DNA from: an uncultured Rhodospirillales bacterium
Lineage (GTDB): Bacteria; Pseudomonadota; Alphaproteobacteria; Azospirillales; Azospirillaceae
Length of the DNA stretch: 64,000 nt
Direction: 5' to 3'
Assembly: GCA_903856295.1 (NCBI GenBank)
Contig: CAIOBP010000097.1
Location: 540-64,539, forward strand
The stretch's first letter is position 1. Each line of letters starts with the position of its first letter. Below are positions 25,901 through 34,488 of the stretch, piece after piece. The notes under the pieces were generated by a model. That model searched no databases, was not told the DNA's origin, and saw only the letters and a list, made by a program, of their open reading frames with translations. The translations under genes were made by a program, and so were the position numbers.

Positions 25901-27730
25901 ATCGAGCCCCGGATCGAGATTAAACTGCAAGGCCGCCAACCGGGCATAGAGCCCGCCCTGGCGGCTGAGATCGGCGTGGGTGCCGCAGGCCACCACCGCG
26001 CCACCCTCCATCACCACGATGCGGTCGGCATTCATCACGGTGGCGAGGCGGTGGGCGATGATCAGGGTGGTGCGGCCTTTCATCAGTTCGTCCAGCGCCT
26101 CCTGGACCGCGCGCTCGCTTTCGGCGTCGAGGGCGCTGGTCGCCTCGTCGAGCAGCAGCACCGGCGGATTGCGCAGAATCGCGCGGGCGATGGCCACCCG
26201 CTGGCGCTGCCCGCCCGAAAGCTGCACGCCCTTTTCGCCGAGGAAGGTGTCGAAGCCCTGGGGCAGCTTTTCCAGGAACTCCAGGGCGTGGGCGGCCTCG
26301 GCGGCGGCGCGCACCTCGGCGTCGCTGGCCTCGGGCCGGCCGTAGCGGATGTTCTCCCAGGCGTTGCCCGAGAAGATCACCGGCGCCTGGGGCACCAATC
26401 CGAGCCGGCGGCGCACCGCGGCGGGATCGGCGGCCCGGACATCGACGCCATCGAGCAGCACCGCACCCGACTGAACATCGTAGAAGCGCAGCAGCAACTG
26501 GAACACCGTCGACTTGCCGGCGCCGCTCGGCCCGACCAGCGCCACGGTTTCGCCCGCCGCCACCTCGAGGGAGAAGCCGCTCAGCGCCGGATGCTCGGGC
26601 CGGGCGGGGTAATGGAAGCCGACGCTGTCGAAGGTCACCGTGCTGCGCGGCGTCTCGGGCAATGGCTGGGGATTGGCCGGCGCCACGATGTCGGGCTCGG
26701 TGGTCAGCAGCTCGAACAACCGCTCGGTGGCCCCGGCGGCGCGCTGCAAATCGCCGTAAACCTCGGAAATCGAGCCCGAGGAGCCGGCGACCACCGCCGC
26801 GTAGATCACGAAGGCCGACAGCTGCCCGGCGGTCAGGGTGCCGGCGATGACGTCGTGGCCGCCGATCCACAGCACGACGCCGATGGCGCCGAACACCAGC
26901 ACGATCACCGTGGTCGCGGTCACCGAGCGGATGCGCACCCGGCTCATGGCGGTGTTCAGGGCGTCTTCGACCCGGTCGACAAAGCCGCGATGGTCGATGC
27001 TCTCGTGATTGAAGGCCTGGACGATGCGAATCGCCGACAGCGTTTCCTCCAGGTGCGAGCCGACGTCGCCGACCCGCTCCTGGCTGGCCCGCGACAGCCG
27101 CCGCTCCATGCGCCCGAGCATCACGATCGGCGCCACCACCAGCGGCAGAGCCAGAAACACCAGCCCGGTCAGCTTGGCGCTGGTGATCAGCAGCATGGTC
27201 AGGCCGCCGATCAGCATCAGGCCGTTGCGCAGGGCGATGGAGACCGAGGAGCCGATCACCACCTGCAACAGCGTGGTGTCGGTGGTCAGCACCGAGAGAA
27301 TGTCGCCGACCCGCTTGTGTTCGAACCAGGCCGGGCTGAGCCGCAGCACGTGGGCATGGGCGGCCCGGCGCAAATCCGCCACCACCCGCTCGCCGACCCA
27401 GCTGACCAGAAAGAAGCGGCCAAAGGCGGCGGCGCCGAGCAGCACCGTCACCACCAGCATCACCAGTAAGACCTGATCGAGCATGCCGGGATCGCCGGCC
27501 CCGAAGCCCTTGTCGATCATCACCCGCAAGCCCTGGCCGAGACCGAGGGTGGTCGCCGCCGAGACGGTCAACGCCAGCATCGCTCCGGCGATCTGCCAGC
27601 GATAGGGCGCGAGATAGGGCAGCAGGCGCCGCAACGGCTTGAGGTCGCGCCGCCGGACCGCGTCGGCGGCGGCGGCCGCCTCGGCCGGCTTCAGGGTGCT
27701 TTCGACATAGTTCGATTTGCTGTGAAACAT
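25874..27730 (-). CDS. fused TMD-NBD ABC exporter (MsbA/ABCB-like)
   Basis: 618 aa with six N-terminal TM segments, Walker A GPSGAGKST, signature LSGGQRQR, Walker B LLLDEATSALD. Confidence 0.85.
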   Translation of the reverse strand: MFHSKSNYVESTLKPAEAAAAADAVRRRDLKPLRRLLPYLAPYRWQIAGAMLALTVSAATTLGLGQGLRVMIDKGFGAGDPGMLDQVLLVMLVVTVLLGAAAFGRFFLVSWVGERVVADLRRAAHAHVLRLSPAWFEHKRVGDILSVLTTDTTLLQVVIGSSVSIALRNGLMLIGGLTMLLITSAKLTGLVFLALPLVVAPIVMLGRMERRLSRASQERVGDVGSHLEETLSAIRIVQAFNHESIDHRGFVDRVEDALNTAMSRVRIRSVTATTVIVLVFGAIGVVLWIGGHDVIAGTLTAGQLSAFVIYAAVVAGSSGSISEVYGDLQRAAGATERLFELLTTEPDIVAPANPQPLPETPRSTVTFDSVGFHYPARPEHPALSGFSLEVAAGETVALVGPSGAGKSTVFQLLLRFYDVQSGAVLLDGVDVRAADPAAVRRRLGLVPQAPVIFSGNAWENIRYGRPEASDAEVRAAAEAAHALEFLEKLPQGFDTFLGEKGVQLSGGQRQRVAIARAILRNPPVLLLDEATSALDAESERAVQEALDELMKGRTTLIIAHRLATVMNADRIVVMEGGAVVACGTHADLSRQGGLYARLAALQFNLDPGLDSRGEQAAA

Positions 27731-27836
27731 CTCAATCCGGGCCTTTGCAGTGCTTAGAGCGGGTCACGCAGGGGGAGTATCCACTCTAAAACGGTAATCC
27801 AGAGCATGGTGCGCCGCCATATGATCGCATTGGGCT

Positions 27837-28439
27837 CTAGCGTTTCAAGACCTGCCGAATGCCCTCGGCCATCTGCTCCGGGGTGGTCTCGTGGCCGAAC
27901 AGCTTGAGCACGGTGCCGCGATCACCGGTCAGAAAGGTGAAGGCCGAGTGATCCATGGTGTACCCGTCGGGGGTGGAGCCCGGAACCTTGCGGTAATACA
28001 CCCGGAAGCTCTTGGCGGCGGCGGCGACCTGCTCGGGCGTGCCGGTCAGGCCGATCAGGCGCGGGCTGAACTGGGCGACATAGGGGGCCAGCCCCTCCTT
28101 GGAATCGCGCTCGGGATCGATGGTGACGAACAGCTGCTGCACCCGGCCGGCATCCTGGCCCAGCAGCTCGAGGGCGCTGGCGCCGGCCTGGAGATTGGTC
28201 GGGCAGACGTCGGGGCAGAAGCGGTAACCGAAGCTGATCAGCAACAGCTTGCCCGGCCAGCTGTTTTCGGTCACCGCGCGGCCGTCGTGGGCGGTCAGCG
28301 CGAACGGGCCGCCGAGTTCGAATTGGGGCGCCGAGCTTTGCCCGGAGTCCCGTTGCAATCCCTGCTTGAGCCACAGCGCCCCGGCGCTGAGCGCCACCAC
28401 GGCGATCAGGAACAAGCCATTGCGGCGCAGCCAGCTCAT
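27837..28439 (-). CDS. SCO1/SenC copper chaperone
   Basis: Start at MSWLRRNGLFLIAVVAL (ATG 28439). CxxxC motif FGYRFCPDVCP and the distal His in YTMDHSAFTFL. Confidence 0.85.
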   Translation of the reverse strand: MSWLRRNGLFLIAVVALSAGALWLKQGLQRDSGQSSAPQFELGGPFALTAHDGRAVTENSWPGKLLLISFGYRFCPDVCPTNLQAGASALELLGQDAGRVQQLFVTIDPERDSKEGLAPYVAQFSPRLIGLTGTPEQVAAAAKSFRVYYRKVPGSTPDGYTMDHSAFTFLTGDRGTVLKLFGHETTPEQMAEGIRQVLKR

Positions 28440-28465
28440 GGACGGTCCTCCGGAGATGAACAGAC

Positions 28466-29620
28466 CTACCGCCGTCGCAGATCGTGCAACGCCAACAGGA
28501 TCAACGACAGCAGCACGAAAGCGCCCGCCTGATGAGTCACCGCCGTCACCACCGGAACAGACAGCACAAGTGTGGTAATTCCAAGGCTGATCTGAACCAC
28601 CACCCAGACGCCGAGCACGAAGCCGAGGCGGCGGGTCGCCGGCGCCAGCGTCTCGAGCGAGGCGACGCGCCAGCCGTAATACAGCGTTACCAGACCGGTG
28701 GTGATGGCCAGCCAGCGGTGGCAGAACTGTACCGCCGGGGCATTCTCGAAGAGGTTGAGCCATCTCGGCTCGAGCGCCCACGCCTCGCTGGCGATGACCT
28801 CGCCGTTCATCAAGGGGAAGGTGTTGTAGATCAGCCCGGCATGCAGCCCCGCGACCATCGCGCCCCAGATCAGCGTCGTCACCGCCAGCAGCAGCGCCAG
28901 CCGGAGATGCATGCGCAGGGACCAGCCCTTGTTGCGGGCGACCAGCGCCGAGCGCGGCTCGGGGCGCAGCAGGGTCAGCGCCTGCCACAGGATGAAGCTG
29001 AAGATCAGCATCGCCATGGTTAGATGGGTGGCGAGCCGGTAATGGCTGACCGATGGCCGGTCGACCAGCCCGCTAGCCACCATCAGCCAGCCGACCACGC
29101 CCTGAAGGGCGCCGAGCAGGAAGATGTTGACGAGATTGGTCATCAGCCCGGGACGGATTTTCTTGGTCGCCCAGAAATAGAGGAAGGGCAGCAGAAATAC
29201 GAAGCCGATCAGGTGCGCGAACAGGCGATGGAACCACTCCCACCAGAAGATTTCCTTGAAGGCGTCAAGGGTCATGCCATGATTGACTTGTAGATACTCG
29301 GGCGTGAGCTGGTAAAGACCGAACACCCGCTGCCACTCGAGTTCGTTCAAGGGCGGCAGCACGCCGACCAGCGGCTTCCACTCGACCATCGAGAGGCCGG
29401 AATGGGTCAGCCGGGTGATGCCGCCGATGATCACGATGGAAAACACCATGGCCGCGCAGGCCAACAACCAGACACCGATCGCCTTGTCGGCGCCGGGGCC
29501 GGGGGGCGGCGCAGCCGGTTTGCTCGCGGCCGGCTTGCTCGCAGGCGGGGGGGCGGGCGCGGCGGTGGACTCGGGAGCCGGCACGGACTCGGAATCGGTG
29601 GTCATGGAGCGTTCCGTCAC
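28466..29620 (-). CDS. ctaA: heme A synthase (COX15/CtaA)
   Basis: IIGGITRLTHSGLSMVEWKP, EFKEIFWWEWFHR-like segment, 8 TM, second His-containing half. Confidence 0.85.
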   Translation of the reverse strand: MTERSMTTDSESVPAPESTAAPAPPPASKPAASKPAAPPPGPGADKAIGVWLLACAAMVFSIVIIGGITRLTHSGLSMVEWKPLVGVLPPLNELEWQRVFGLYQLTPEYLQVNHGMTLDAFKEIFWWEWFHRLFAHLIGFVFLLPFLYFWATKKIRPGLMTNLVNIFLLGALQGVVGWLMVASGLVDRPSVSHYRLATHLTMAMLIFSFILWQALTLLRPEPRSALVARNKGWSLRMHLRLALLLAVTTLIWGAMVAGLHAGLIYNTFPLMNGEVIASEAWALEPRWLNLFENAPAVQFCHRWLAITTGLVTLYYGWRVASLETLAPATRRLGFVLGVWVVVQISLGITTLVLSVPVVTAVTHQAGAFVLLSLILLALHDLRRR

Positions 29621-29639
29621 TCTCGTTGGGGGTGGGTGA

Positions 29640-30131
29640 TCACGGCGCGGCGATCACGGTCACCCAGTGGCGCATCTTGTTGTGTTCGAGACCGCAATAT
29701 TCGCTGCACACCATCGAGACCTTGCCGGGTTCGGCGGTGGTCACCGGCATGATCGCCGCCCGGCCGGGGACCAGCAGCGCCTCTTTGCCGCCGATGACCA
29801 CGCCGTGCAGACTATCCTCGCTGGCCACGTGGAAACGATAGCTCTGATGGGGCTGAAGTTCCAGCACCGGCAGGAAGCGCCAGCGGCCGGCGGCGACATA
29901 GACATCGCCCGGCGGCGGCCGCACCACCGGCACCCCCTCCTCGTCGCCGACCTTGTAGCGGGCGGTTTGCGCCGCGAGTTTGGCCTCGAACTCGGCGGCG
30001 GCGATGGCGTAGGTCTGAATCTCGGTCGCCCGCGCCAGCCCGCGCCACGCCGGCTGGGCCAGAAACAGCAGCGCCAGCAGCGCGCCGACGCCGAGCAGCA
30101 GCTTGCGTTCGCCGGGAGAATGCTCACACAT
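29640..30131 (-). CDS. small single-TM CuA (cupredoxin) oxidase subunit II-like protein
   Basis: 163 aa with one N-terminal TM. Complete CuA ligand set: H (SLHGV), then C-S-E-Y-C-G-L-E-H-N-K-M. Confidence 0.75.
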   Translation of the reverse strand: MCEHSPGERKLLLGVGALLALLFLAQPAWRGLARATEIQTYAIAAAEFEAKLAAQTARYKVGDEEGVPVVRPPPGDVYVAAGRWRFLPVLELQPHQSYRFHVASEDSLHGVVIGGKEALLVPGRAAIMPVTTAEPGKVSMVCSEYCGLEHNKMRHWVTVIAAP

Positions 30132-31491
30132 GGTCGGTCTCCGTGCGCGCCAGCAGACGGTTGATCATCAGCCAGATGAACAGGACGCCGCCCAGCACCG
30201 CCAGCGCGCCGCCCAGGCCGTAAACGCCCATCGCGACCTTCTTGAGCGTGCTGTCGAGCCCCTGAGCGGCGGCGCCCATGGTCTTGCGCGGCACCCCGGC
30301 GGCGCCGGCCACGAACATGCCGATCGAGAACACCATCTGGCCCCAGCCATAGGAGTGGAACAGCCCGGTCACCAGCCGGCGCGATTTGACCGCCCGCCCG
30401 AGCGCCGGCAGCACCACCGCGATGAACAGCCCCATGAAGGCGAGGTTCACGCCGCCGATCGCCGAATGATAGTGCGAGGGCGTGCGGGCGTCCGAGGCGC
30501 CGAGAAAGAAGCCCATGGCGCCGCCGACCAGAAACACCGCCAGCGAAATCCCAAGCGCCAGTTCGGCCGCGCCCCAGCTGAGTCCGGCCCGCCGCCGCCA
30601 GAGCAGGGCGACCAGCCCGGCCCCGACCACCACCGGCGGCACGGTCAGCCCGTACCACAGCAGATCGGTGAAGGCAAGGCGGTGCTGGAGGCTCAGAATG
30701 TCGTACATCCCGTAAAAGGCGAAGCCCGGCAAAACGAACACCACCATCGAGCCCAGCACCAGTTTGAACAGCGACGGCGGCACCGGCTCCTCGCCGAACG
30801 CGGTCTGGGCCAGGATCACCCAGGCGGTGAGCATCAGCGCCGTGTTGACGAATTGCAGGACATGGCCGCCGCCCCAGAACAGGCGCTCGTTGAAGGTCTG
30901 GAGATCGAGCCCGGCCGGCAGCACCGCCCAGGCGATGGCGATCAGCAGCAGCGCGATCAGGTACAGCACCCCCGAGACCGCGACGCCGAAGCCGACGCTG
31001 CCCCGGATCGCCGCCGGATTGGCCAGCAGCCGCACCACCGGCAGCGCCACGCCGCCGCCGACCAGCGCCAGCCCGAGATAGTAGAGCGGATGCACCACGA
31101 TCGGCACGTAATTGTTGAGGCAGGGCTCGCCCTCATTGAGAAAGGCGGGAATGGCCAGCAGCACCGTGCCCAGCGCTCCGGCCCAAACCCCGGCCGGCCC
31201 CAGCGCCGCGAGCCGGACGGCCCCGGCGCCGGCCAGCGGCAGCACCGCCAGCACGCCCAGCACCGCCAGGAACCAGACCACGAACGACAGAATGACGTGG
31301 GTCACCAGGGCGGTGTAGAAGAAGCTCTGCCACGACCAGGGCAGCAGCACCTGAGTCGCGGGCACCCGCGACAGCACCAGCAGCAAAGCCAGCGCCCCGG
31401 CCACCGCCAGCGACCCCGCCGCGATCCACGACCAGCCCGCGACCTCGCGGCGCAAGGCGGCCGGCAGCGTCATTCCCGGCGCTTCAGTCAT
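30124..31491 (-). CDS. divergent heme-copper oxidase superfamily subunit I-like protein (455 aa)
   Basis: About 12 TM. By-eye motif placement: helix II VTHVILSF, helix VI LFWGGGHVLQF, helix X PSHYHSAIGG. No HH pair anywhere. 8-nt overlap with the subunit II gene. Confidence 0.55.
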   Translation of the reverse strand: MTEAPGMTLPAALRREVAGWSWIAAGSLAVAGALALLLVLSRVPATQVLLPWSWQSFFYTALVTHVILSFVVWFLAVLGVLAVLPLAGAGAVRLAALGPAGVWAGALGTVLLAIPAFLNEGEPCLNNYVPIVVHPLYYLGLALVGGGVALPVVRLLANPAAIRGSVGFGVAVSGVLYLIALLLIAIAWAVLPAGLDLQTFNERLFWGGGHVLQFVNTALMLTAWVILAQTAFGEEPVPPSLFKLVLGSMVVFVLPGFAFYGMYDILSLQHRLAFTDLLWYGLTVPPVVVGAGLVALLWRRRAGLSWGAAELALGISLAVFLVGGAMGFFLGASDARTPSHYHSAIGGVNLAFMGLFIAVVLPALGRAVKSRRLVTGLFHSYGWGQMVFSIGMFVAGAAGVPRKTMGAAAQGLDSTLKKVAMGVYGLGGALAVLGGVLFIWLMINRLLARTETDHV

Positions 31492-31627
31492 GGCCCCGGC
31501 CCACCGACACGATCACTCGCGCGCACAATCCCCGCACGGCGGCATCCTCCCTTTTCGGAACGCTGCCACCATAACCAAGATTGATCGCAGTTCAAGCTGT
31601 AACAAGGAACAGCCTGGGGCCGGGGAC

Positions 31628-31945
31628 CTACCGCCCCGACTTGGTCCGCTCATGCTCCATGTAAGCGCGGAGCACGGCGTTGATCCTGGTCTGGTAAGGC
31701 TCGCCGGAACTGCGGAACCACTCCAGCACGTCGCGGTCGATGCGGATGCTGATCGGCTCCTTGCCCGGCGGCATGACGACGCGGGCCGTCTTGAACCAGT
31801 TGTCGTCCAAGATCGGCGCGGCGTCGGGATCGTCCCGGATCGCCGCCTCGATGTCTTCGTCAGTGAGGGCGTCCACTCGGGCCCAGTCCGTTTGTCCCCG
31901 GCCGGCGGTCTCGAGCGTAACTCTCGTGATAGCCTCTTTGCTCAT
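31628..31945 (-). CDS. brnA: BrnA-family antitoxin
   Basis: 105 aa: DWARVDALTDEDIEAAIRDDPDAAPI ... ISIRIDRDVLEWFRSSGEPYQTRINAVLRAYM (RHH-type C-terminus). Confidence 0.75.
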   Translation of the reverse strand: MSKEAITRVTLETAGRGQTDWARVDALTDEDIEAAIRDDPDAAPILDDNWFKTARVVMPPGKEPISIRIDRDVLEWFRSSGEPYQTRINAVLRAYMEHERTKSGR

Positions 31946-32180
31946 GCTTGCGTGCCTTTCGTGCCGAGATCAGCCGCCGAGTCTCACCGCGCCATGTGTA
32001 AACGACGGTTATTATACTGCCATCGACGATTCCTTGGGCGATGAACCGCATTTCGCCAAAATCACGAACGGCGGGCTGTTCCACAACGTGACGCGCCCAA
32101 ATCTGAACAGCATCCCGGAAATCGATCCCGTGTTTCTCAAGATTGCTCAGTCGCTTGCCCTCATCCCACTCAAACTCCAC
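31860..32180 (-). CDS. brnT: BrnT-family (DUF497) toxin
   Basis: Tail of ORF 31860..34139. GTG 32180 is preceded by AGGAGG. VEFEWDEGKRLSNLEKHGIDFRDA ... VVYTWRGETRRLISARKARKHEQRGY. About 25 aa tail overlaps brnA. Confidence 0.7.
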   Translation of the reverse strand: MEFEWDEGKRLSNLEKHGIDFRDAVQIWARHVVEQPAVRDFGEMRFIAQGIVDGSIITVVYTWRGETRRLISARKARKHEQRGYHESYARDRRPGTNGLGPSGRPH

Positions 32181-32423
32181 CCCGAAGCCTCCTCTTGGAT
32201 CGAGCCTTCGATCCGCTTGCCGGTATCGCGGGGTCTCGGCCAAGCATATGCACCTGTATATACACTGCGCGGCCACCACGGCAAGCCCCCTCCAAAAAAT
32301 CATACGATCGCTTGCGATTTGGCGCCACAGGCATCCGGAATGCAGAGCGCAACCCCACCATTGGCCAATCGATAAAAATCCTGCTATCTCTCCCGCTTCA
32401 CAGTTCCAGGCGCATCCCTCCCC

Positions 32424-34028
32424 ATGCTTGATGAAATTTCCCGCCGTCGCACCTTTGCGATCATCGCCCATCCCGACGCCGGCAAGACGACGCTGACCGA
32501 GAAGCTGCTGCTGTTCGGCGGCGCGATTCAGATGGCGGGGGCGGTCAAGGCGCGGGGCGAGCAGCGGCGGGCGCGGTCGGACTGGATGAAGGTCGAGCGC
32601 GAGCGCGGCATCTCGGTCACCGCCTCGGTGATGACCTTCGAGTACGAGAATCGCTGTTTCAATCTGCTCGACACGCCGGGCCACGAGGATTTCTCCGAGG
32701 ATACCTACCGCACCCTCACCGCCGTCGACAGCGCGGTGATGGTGATCGACGGCGCCAAGGGCATCGAGACCCAGACCCGCAAGCTGTTCGAGGTCTGCCG
32801 GCTGCGCGACGTGCCGATCATCACCTTCGTCAACAAGATGGACCGCGAGGCCCGCGACCCCTTCGATCTGATGAGCGAGATCGAGGACGGGTTGCAAATC
32901 CACGTCACCCCGGGCAGTTGGCCGATCGGCATGGGCCGCGACTTTCTCGGCTGCTACGATCTGATCAACGACCGGCTGGTGCTGATGGACCGCACCCTGG
33001 GCGACGTCGCCTCCGAGGGCCTGGAGTGTAAAGGGCTCGACGATCCCCGGCTCGATCAGCTGTTGCCCGCCCACGCCGCGGCCAAGCTGCGCGAAGATGT
33101 CGAGATGGCGCGCGGCCTGATGCCGCCCTTCGATCTCGAGACCTACCGCGCCGGCCACATGACGCCAGTGTTTTTCGGCAGCGCCATCAACAATTTCGGC
33201 GTCCAGGAGCTGCTGCACGGGCTGGCCGCCTACGCCCCGCCGCCCCGGCCGCAGCCTGCCGACGGCCGGCTGGTCGATCCGACCGAGGAGAAGGTCAGCG
33301 GCTTTGTGTTCAAGGTCCAGGCCAACATGGACCCCAACCACCGCGACCGTATCGCCTTCTTCCGCCTGTGTTCCGGCCATTTCCGCCGCGGCGTCAAGCT
33401 CAAGCACAGCCGCTCGGGCAAGAGTCTCGCGGTCAACAATGCCGTGCTGTTCATGGCCCGCGACCGCGAACTGGCCGAAGACGCGTGGCCGGGCGACATC
33501 ATCGGCATTCCCAATCACGGCAGCTTGCGCATCGGCGACACCCTGGTCGAGGGCAACGAGGAGTTGCGCTATACCGGCGTGCCCAGCTTCGCCCCGGAAA
33601 TGCTGCAACGGGTGCGGCTCGACGATCCGATGCGGGTCAAGCATCTGCGCAAGGCCCTGGAACATTTCGCCGAGGAGGGCGCGAGCCAAGTCTTCAAGCC
33701 GCTCTCGGGCGCCGACTGGGTGGTGGGCGTGGTCGGGCAGTTGCAGTTCGAGGTGCTGGCGGCGCGGATCGAGGCGGAATACAGCCTGTCGGCCCGGTTC
33801 GAAGGCGCCGGAGTCGATGCCGCGCGCTGGATCGAGTGCGATGATCCGGTGGTGCTGAAAACCTTCATCGACAGCAACCGCTCGGCGCTGGCCGAGGACC
33901 ATGACGGCGCGCTGGTTTTCCTGGCGCGCAACGCTTGGCACCTCAACCGCACCCAGGAGGATTTTCCGGCGCTGCGTTTCTTGAAGACCCGCGAACAGAA
34001 CCGTAAAGTCGAAACCACCGCGGCATGA
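32424..34028 (+). CDS. prfC: peptide chain release factor 3
   Basis: RRRTFAIIAHPDAGKTTLTEKLLLFGGAIQ, DTPGHEDF, NKMDRE; 534 aa. Confidence 0.95.
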   Translation: MLDEISRRRTFAIIAHPDAGKTTLTEKLLLFGGAIQMAGAVKARGEQRRARSDWMKVERERGISVTASVMTFEYENRCFNLLDTPGHEDFSEDTYRTLTAVDSAVMVIDGAKGIETQTRKLFEVCRLRDVPIITFVNKMDREARDPFDLMSEIEDGLQIHVTPGSWPIGMGRDFLGCYDLINDRLVLMDRTLGDVASEGLECKGLDDPRLDQLLPAHAAAKLREDVEMARGLMPPFDLETYRAGHMTPVFFGSAINNFGVQELLHGLAAYAPPPRPQPADGRLVDPTEEKVSGFVFKVQANMDPNHRDRIAFFRLCSGHFRRGVKLKHSRSGKSLAVNNAVLFMARDRELAEDAWPGDIIGIPNHGSLRIGDTLVEGNEELRYTGVPSFAPEMLQRVRLDDPMRVKHLRKALEHFAEEGASQVFKPLSGADWVVGVVGQLQFEVLAARIEAEYSLSARFEGAGVDAARWIECDDPVVLKTFIDSNRSALAEDHDGALVFLARNAWHLNRTQEDFPALRFLKTREQNRKVETTAA

Positions 34029-34057
34029 TGTGATGAGCAGAAGCGGATATTCTCGCA

Positions 34058-34459
34058 ATGTCGATTGACTGGGACGAGTCGCTGAACACCGGAGTTGAGG
34101 AGATGGACGCCGATCATCGCGGCCTGATCTCCTTGGCAAATAGCGTCCAGGCGGCGGGGCAAGCCGGGAATCAGGAAGATGTCTTGCGGTTGGCGCTGGA
34201 ATTTTCCAGTTACTGTGACGATCATTTCGTGATGGAAGAGGAGTTCATGAGGGATATCGGCTATCCCCAGCGGATGAGCCACAAAAGCGATCACGACCAG
34301 ATGCTGGCCGATCTGGACAAGATCATCGGCCATGTTCATTCGAATATCGAGGCCAGCACGGTAATGGCCGACTTCATTTACCGCTGGACAGCGAACCATA
34401 TGCAGGTGTTCGAGCGCCAACTCGCCGAGTTCGTCTGCGCTCGCGGCGATGGCGGCTGA
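34058..34459 (+). CDS. bacteriohemerythrin
   Basis: 133 aa starting IDWDESLNTGVEEMDADHRGLI, with His/Glu/Asp iron-ligand spacing typical of hemerythrins. Confidence 0.8.
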   Translation: MSIDWDESLNTGVEEMDADHRGLISLANSVQAAGQAGNQEDVLRLALEFSSYCDDHFVMEEEFMRDIGYPQRMSHKSDHDQMLADLDKIIGHVHSNIEASTVMADFIYRWTANHMQVFERQLAEFVCARGDGG

Positions 34460-34488
34460 AAGCTCCGGCACCGACACGGACGATTGCG

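Noticed and set aside
30103-31584. 493-aa plus-strand ORF antisense to the 455-aa oxidase-like gene
   Set aside because: The translation is His/Arg/Gln/Pro-rich with no hydrophobic segments or motifs. The minus-strand frame gives a coherent 12-TM protein coupled to a CuA subunit.
31581-31595. FNR/FixK-like palindrome TTGATcgcagtTCAA about 90 nt upstream of the oxidase cluster
   Set aside because: Seven nucleotides separate the TTGA and TCAA half sites. The consensus TTGAT-N4-ATCAA has six, so it does not fit the standard box. It may still deserve a PWM scan.
32181-34139. Upstream 650 codons of the 759-aa minus-strand ORF antisense to prfC
   Set aside because: No recognisable domains and an Arg/Ala/Gly-rich composition, and it overlaps the prfC gene, which I call with high confidence. 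Only its last 106 codons (BrnT) look real.
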